12,178 nt of DNA from Bacteroides sp. (GTDB lineage: Bacteria; Bacteroidota; Bacteroidia; G022818785), in the NCBI GenBank assembly GCA_022818785.1, contig CP063811.1, positions 201,084 to 213,261 on the forward strand, given 5' to 3'. Position numbers and translations under genes: made by a program. Positions 7,739-12,178 of the stretch are shown here, in pieces. How positions within the stretch are numbered: position 1 is the stretch's first letter; each line of letters begins with the position of its first letter. Under the pieces are notes generated by a model. That model did not search any database. It worked only from the letters and a program-made list of their open reading frames with translations, and was not told the origin of the DNA.

Positions 7739-8815
7739 ATGAAGGATAATCAAATTGTTGATGGTATATCTATTAATAAAATTAAAAAATCTAAAATATC
7801 ATCCATTGATTTTGATAATTTAGTTTTTGGTCATATCTTTTCAGATCATATGTTTGTAGCTGATTATTATAATAATATTTGGAATGATATGACTATTATT
7901 CCATATAATACTATTAATATATATCCTAGTTTGAATGCTTTACATTATGGTCAAATTATTTTTGAAGGGCTAAAAGCTTATAAACATAAAAATGGTAAAA
8001 TAGTTTTGTTTAGACCTAATGATAATTTTATAAGATTTAATTTATCTGCTAATAGAATGTGTATGCCAGGAATTGATAAAGAAACATTTATGAATGCAAT
8101 AATCAATCTATTAAAAATAGATAGAAATTGGATTTATAATAAAAGAGGATATTCGTTATACATACGTCCATTTATGTTCGCTACTGATACTTATTTAGGT
8201 ATTAAACCATCTAAAAAATACAAATTTATCATTTTTTCTACTCCTTCTAATTTATATTATAAAAATCCTTTAAAAATTAAAATTGAAAATTATTATACAA
8301 GATCAGTTAAAGGAGGAACCGGATATATTAAATCTGGATGTAATTATGGTATAGCATTATATCCAACACAATTAGCTATTAATGAAGGATTTGATCAAGT
8401 TTTATGGACAGATTATAAAACTCATGAATATATTGAAGAGCTAAGTACAGCTAATATATTTTTTGTCATTGATAATACTTTATGGACTCCAAATACTAAA
8501 GACACCATTTTGAATGGTATTACAAGAGATAGTATAATAAAAATTGCAAAAAATATTATTAATATTAAAGTATATGAGACTAATATTAAAGTCGATTTTT
8601 TAATTAATGCTATAAAAAATAAAAATCTACAAGAGGCTTTTGCAGTAGGTACTGCAGCGACGATAACTAAAGTATCAAAAATAGGATATAAAAATAATAT
8701 ATATAATTTACCTTTTAATAAATTTTCTATATCTGATAAGATATTATTGTATTTAAAAAATATATTTTATGGTGAAAGTACAGATTATTTTAAATGGTTA
8801 GTTTATTTAGATTAG
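7739..8815 (+). CDS. ilvE: Branched-chain amino acid aminotransferase (fold type IV PLP enzyme)
   Basis: 358 aa; FGHIFSDHMF, LHYGQIIFEGLKAY, LFRP, LYIRPF, PLP-lysine in IKSGCNY, ILNGITRDS and EAFAVGTAA. Confidence 0.95.
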   Translation: MKDNQIVDGISINKIKKSKISSIDFDNLVFGHIFSDHMFVADYYNNIWNDMTIIPYNTINIYPSLNALHYGQIIFEGLKAYKHKNGKIVLFRPNDNFIRFNLSANRMCMPGIDKETFMNAIINLLKIDRNWIYNKRGYSLYIRPFMFATDTYLGIKPSKKYKFIIFSTPSNLYYKNPLKIKIENYYTRSVKGGTGYIKSGCNYGIALYPTQLAINEGFDQVLWTDYKTHEYIEELSTANIFFVIDNTLWTPNTKDTILNGITRDSIIKIAKNIINIKVYETNIKVDFLINAIKNKNLQEAFAVGTAATITKVSKIGYKNNIYNLPFNKFSISDKILLYLKNIFYGESTDYFKWLVYLD

Positions 8816-8845
8816 AAAATTAATGATATTTATTATACAAAAATT

Positions 8846-9700
8846 ATGATTATAATAGCTGATGGAGGTTCTACTAAAACAAGTTGGTGTATCATTACAG
8901 ATTATAATAAAAAATTTTTTTTAGAAACTATCGGATATAATCCTCTTTTTATAAAAGAAAAAGATATTATTGAAAGTTTGCATAAGAATTTGTATATAAA
9001 TTCTGATGATAGAAACAAAATATCCTGTGTGTATTATTATGGTGCTGGGGCAAACTACAAAAATCAAAAAATAATATTAAAAAATGCTTTACAAAATTAT
9101 TTTACAAAATCTAAAATAATAATTAATCATGATTTATTAGGAGCAGCATATGCTTTATTAGGGAATAACAAAGGATTTGTGTCTATACTAGGTACTGGTA
9201 CTAATACATGTATATACAATGGTACTGAAATAACTTATAATATAGATTCTTTAGGATATTTTTTTGGTGATGAGGGAAGTGGTTCTTATCTTGGAAAGAA
9301 ATTATTAAAAGATTATATGAGAAATTTAATGCCTCGAGAATTGTCTAATATATTTTATCAAACTTATAAATTAAAATCAAACGATATAATTAATATTCTT
9401 TCTAAGAATAAATTAAATAATGTGTTTTTAGCTCAATTTAGTAAGTTTTTAAATATAAATAATTGGAGCTCTTATACACATAATATTATTAAAAGTTCTT
9501 TTAAAGATTTTTTTAAAAATATTGTCTCCCAATATAATGATTATTCATGTTATAATTTTAATTGTGTAGGATCAATAGGATATATATATAAAGACATATT
9601 ATGTGAAGTTTCATTAGATTATAACATGAAACCTGACAAAATAATAAAATCTCCAATAAAAAATCTTGTTGATTATCACATTGATAATATTACTAATTAA
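8846..9700 (+). CDS. BadF/BadG/BcrA/BcrD-family ASKHA kinase (N-acetylglucosamine/N-acetylmuramic acid kinase-like)
   Basis: 284 aa; phosphate-1 motif IADGGSTKT, YYYGAG, HDLLGAA, ILGTGTN, LGYFFGDEGSG, VGSIG and PIKNLVDYH. Substrate cannot be determined from sequence. Confidence 0.87.
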   Translation: MIIIADGGSTKTSWCIITDYNKKFFLETIGYNPLFIKEKDIIESLHKNLYINSDDRNKISCVYYYGAGANYKNQKIILKNALQNYFTKSKIIINHDLLGAAYALLGNNKGFVSILGTGTNTCIYNGTEITYNIDSLGYFFGDEGSGSYLGKKLLKDYMRNLMPRELSNIFYQTYKLKSNDIINILSKNKLNNVFLAQFSKFLNINNWSSYTHNIIKSSFKDFFKNIVSQYNDYSCYNFNCVGSIGYIYKDILCEVSLDYNMKPDKIIKSPIKNLVDYHIDNITN

Positions 9701-9709
9701 TTTTCTTTC

Positions 9710-11272
9710 TTATAAAAGTATTTTTTTATTACTATTCATATCATATATATGATATTCTGTAATATAATAATCATAAGAATCTTTTATATATATAATAGAT
9801 TTAAACTTTAATGTCCATTTTAATCTTATAGAAAATAAACCATATGTTATATAAGATTTAATATATGGATGAACATGTATTGCAATATTGTAATATTTTT
9901 TCTGTGAAAAAATAAAAAATAATTTATTATATATTTCATCTATTAATAAAATACTAGGCTCTATTTTTCCACTACCTTTACAGCTAGGACAATATTCATT
10001 AGTAGATATATTTTTTATAGGTCTTATACGTTGTCTTGTAATTTGAATAATACCAAATTTACTTAGCGGTAAAATAGTATGCTTAGCTTTATCATTTATC
10101 ATATTACATTTTAAAGTATCAAATATAATTTTTCTATTATCATATTTATTCATATCTATAAAATCTACTACTATAATACCTCCCATATCTCTTAATCTAA
10201 TTTGTCGAGCTATTTCTTTAGTAGCTTCCAAATTAACTTTTAAAGCATTTTCTTCTTGAGCAATATTATTGCTATACCCACTATTTACATCAATTACATG
10301 CATAGCTTCAGTATGTTCAATTACTAAATAAGCCCCTCCTATCATATACACGTAAACTCCAAACAAACTTTTAATTTGTTTATTAATGCCAAATTTATCA
10401 AATAATGATATATCTTCTTTATATAATTTTACTATGTTTTTTTGCTTTGGAGATATGGTATTAACATATTCAGTAACTTGATCATAAATTACATTGTTGT
10501 CTACGTATATTGATTCAAAATTAGGATTTAATATTTCTCTTAAAACAATTGATATACGATTATTATCTTTCATTGCCTTAAATCTATAACTTTTATTATA
10601 AATTTTTTTTATACACAATTCCCATTTCTTTAATAAAGACAATAATTCTTTTTCTAAATCTATATAATTTTTGTTTTCTGATACAGTTCTAATAATAATA
10701 CCAAAGTTATTAGGCAATAACTTCATGAAAATAGATTTTAATCTATTTCTTTCCTTATCATTAATAATTCTTTTAGAAATACAAATTTTATTATTAAAAG
10801 GCATTAAAATCATATATCTTCCTGGTATAGAAATCATTGTACTTAATCTAGGCCCTTTACTAGCAATAGGTTCTTTAACAATTTGAACAAGTAAATTTTG
10901 CCCAACATTTAAAATATCTTTTATTGAACCATTTTTATCAATAGATGTTTGAAATTTCATTCGATGCAAAACATCATTAGAATATCCATTCTTTTTATTA
11001 AAAGAATTAAACATATTGATTAAATATGTTACATATAAACCTAAATCATGATAATGTAAAAATGCATCTTTATGATATCCTATATCAACAAAAGCTGCAT
11101 TCAATCCAATCATAACTTTTTTAACTTTACCAATAAATATATCACCTACTGAATAATTGCTATTAATATCATCATTGTGATATTCAATCAATTGATTATT
11201 TTGTAATAAAGCTATATTACTAATTGAATTATTAGTTTGAATAAATATTTGATTTAATGTTTCATCTTTCAT
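9710..11272 (-). CDS. rng: Ribonuclease E/G family endoribonuclease (catalytic domain only, RNase G-sized)
   Basis: 520 aa; S1 domain GDIFIGKVKKV..GLNAAFVDIG, QIVKEPIASKGPRLS, metal-binding IDVNSG and RQIRLRDMGGIIVVDFIDM, QITRQR, and Zn-link CPSCKGSG. Confidence 0.95.
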   Translation of the reverse strand: MKDETLNQIFIQTNNSISNIALLQNNQLIEYHNDDINSNYSVGDIFIGKVKKVMIGLNAAFVDIGYHKDAFLHYHDLGLYVTYLINMFNSFNKKNGYSNDVLHRMKFQTSIDKNGSIKDILNVGQNLLVQIVKEPIASKGPRLSTMISIPGRYMILMPFNNKICISKRIINDKERNRLKSIFMKLLPNNFGIIIRTVSENKNYIDLEKELLSLLKKWELCIKKIYNKSYRFKAMKDNNRISIVLREILNPNFESIYVDNNVIYDQVTEYVNTISPKQKNIVKLYKEDISLFDKFGINKQIKSLFGVYVYMIGGAYLVIEHTEAMHVIDVNSGYSNNIAQEENALKVNLEATKEIARQIRLRDMGGIIVVDFIDMNKYDNRKIIFDTLKCNMINDKAKHTILPLSKFGIIQITRQRIRPIKNISTNEYCPSCKGSGKIEPSILLIDEIYNKLFFIFSQKKYYNIAIHVHPYIKSYITYGLFSIRLKWTLKFKSIIYIKDSYDYYITEYHIYDMNSNKKILL

Positions 11273-11304
11273 GAATAATGTATAATTTAAGTTGATTATA
11301 CTTT

Positions 11305-11394
11305 TTATTTCTTTTTATGTCTGTTTTTTCTCAATTGTTTTTTTCTTTTATGTGTAGCAATTTTATGTTTTTTTCTTTTTTTTCCACTAGGCAT
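11305..11394 (-). CDS. 30S ribosomal protein bS22 (AURKAIP1/COX24/mS38-like basic peptide), 29 aa
   Basis: My translation from ATG 11394 to TAA 11305 is MPSGKKRKKHKIATHKRKKQLRKNRHKKK*, which matches the Bacteroidota bS22 pattern MPSGKKRKRHKxATHKRKKRxRxNRHKKK. Not in the supplied ORF track. Confidence 0.9.
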   Translation of the reverse strand: MPSGKKRKKHKIATHKRKKQLRKNRHKKK

Positions 11395-11513
11395 AACACA
11401 AATATTTTAATTATTAATTAATAACATCTTAGTATGCTAAGTTAATTAAAAATAATCTTATATTTATAGAAGTTGTTCTTTTTATTGTAAAACTATATAG
11501 AAAATAAAATTAT

Positions 11514-11942
11514 ATGTCAACTATTAATAAGGTTATTATAGTAGGTTATTTGGGCAAAGATCCTGAAGTCAAGCATTTTGATAATGGTAATTTGAAAGCA
11601 AATTTTCCCGTTGCCACATCAGAAACTTTTATATCAAAGGATAAACAAAAAATCACTAATACTGATTGGCACAATATAATTGTATGGAATAAATTAGCAG
11701 AAATAGTAGAAAAATATTTACATAAAGGTAAATTAGTATATTTGGAAGGTAAGATAAAAAATAGATCATGGAATGATTCTGATGGTAATAAAAAGTATAT
11801 TACAGAGATAGTGGCTGATACTATAACTATGTTGGGCAAAAGAAATGACAATTATACAGTTAATAATGATGAAGATATTTTATCATCCAATCAAACAAAC
11901 AAAAATAATAATGAAATAACAGATGATGATTTACCATTCTGA
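11514..11942 (+). CDS. ssb: Single-stranded DNA-binding protein
   Basis: 142 aa; NKVIIVGYLGKDPE, VATSE, TDWHNI, KGKLVYLEGK, YITEI and acidic C-terminal tip DDDLPF followed by TGA. Confidence 0.97.
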   Translation: MSTINKVIIVGYLGKDPEVKHFDNGNLKANFPVATSETFISKDKQKITNTDWHNIIVWNKLAEIVEKYLHKGKLVYLEGKIKNRSWNDSDGNKKYITEIVADTITMLGKRNDNYTVNNDEDILSSNQTNKNNNEITDDDLPF

Positions 11943-11949
11943 TTTAAAT

Positions 11950-12178
<229 letters not shown>

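Noticed and set aside
10671-10886. 71-aa hydrophobic plus-strand ORF
   Set aside because: Antisense to RNase E/G; the hydrophobicity is what the reverse complement of A-rich codons gives.
11399-11406. AATATTTG on the minus strand just before the bS22 ATG as a -7 promoter for a leaderless mRNA
   Set aside because: Mismatch to TAnnTTTG, no matching -33 element, and likely by chance in AT-rich DNA.
11546-11851. 101-aa minus-strand ORF
   Set aside because: Antisense to ssb; shadow ORF.
11940-11942. Possible UGA=Trp recoding (code 4), as in some AT-rich symbionts
   Set aside because: TGA directly follows the conserved SSB terminus DDLPF and ends sufC and sufE in ATGA overlaps; conserved Trp residues use TGG and long ORFs are intact under code 11.

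Overview
Very AT-rich (roughly 20% GC by eye; individual 60-nt lines range from about 7% to 38%), gene-dense housekeeping region of what appears to be a genome-reduced Bacteroidota endosymbiont using the standard genetic code. In order: the 3' end of a possibly degenerate NusB-like gene (+); an M20 dipeptidase (-); rsmD; a complete, tightly coupled sufB-C-D-S-E-T Fe-S assembly operon; tRNA-Leu(GAG); ilvE; a BadF/BadG-family sugar kinase; RNase E/G (-); a 29-aa ribosomal protein bS22 gene missed by the ORF track (-); ssb; and the 3' end of aspS (-). I see no mobile elements, CRISPR arrays or defence genes, and nothing I can support as a wholly new system. The most interesting signals are the hidden bS22 gene, an unusual SufS active-site loop (RTGMMC instead of RxGHHC), hints that the symbiont may not be of the usual flavobacterial type, trimmed proteins, and recurring motifs in the short intergenic spacers.
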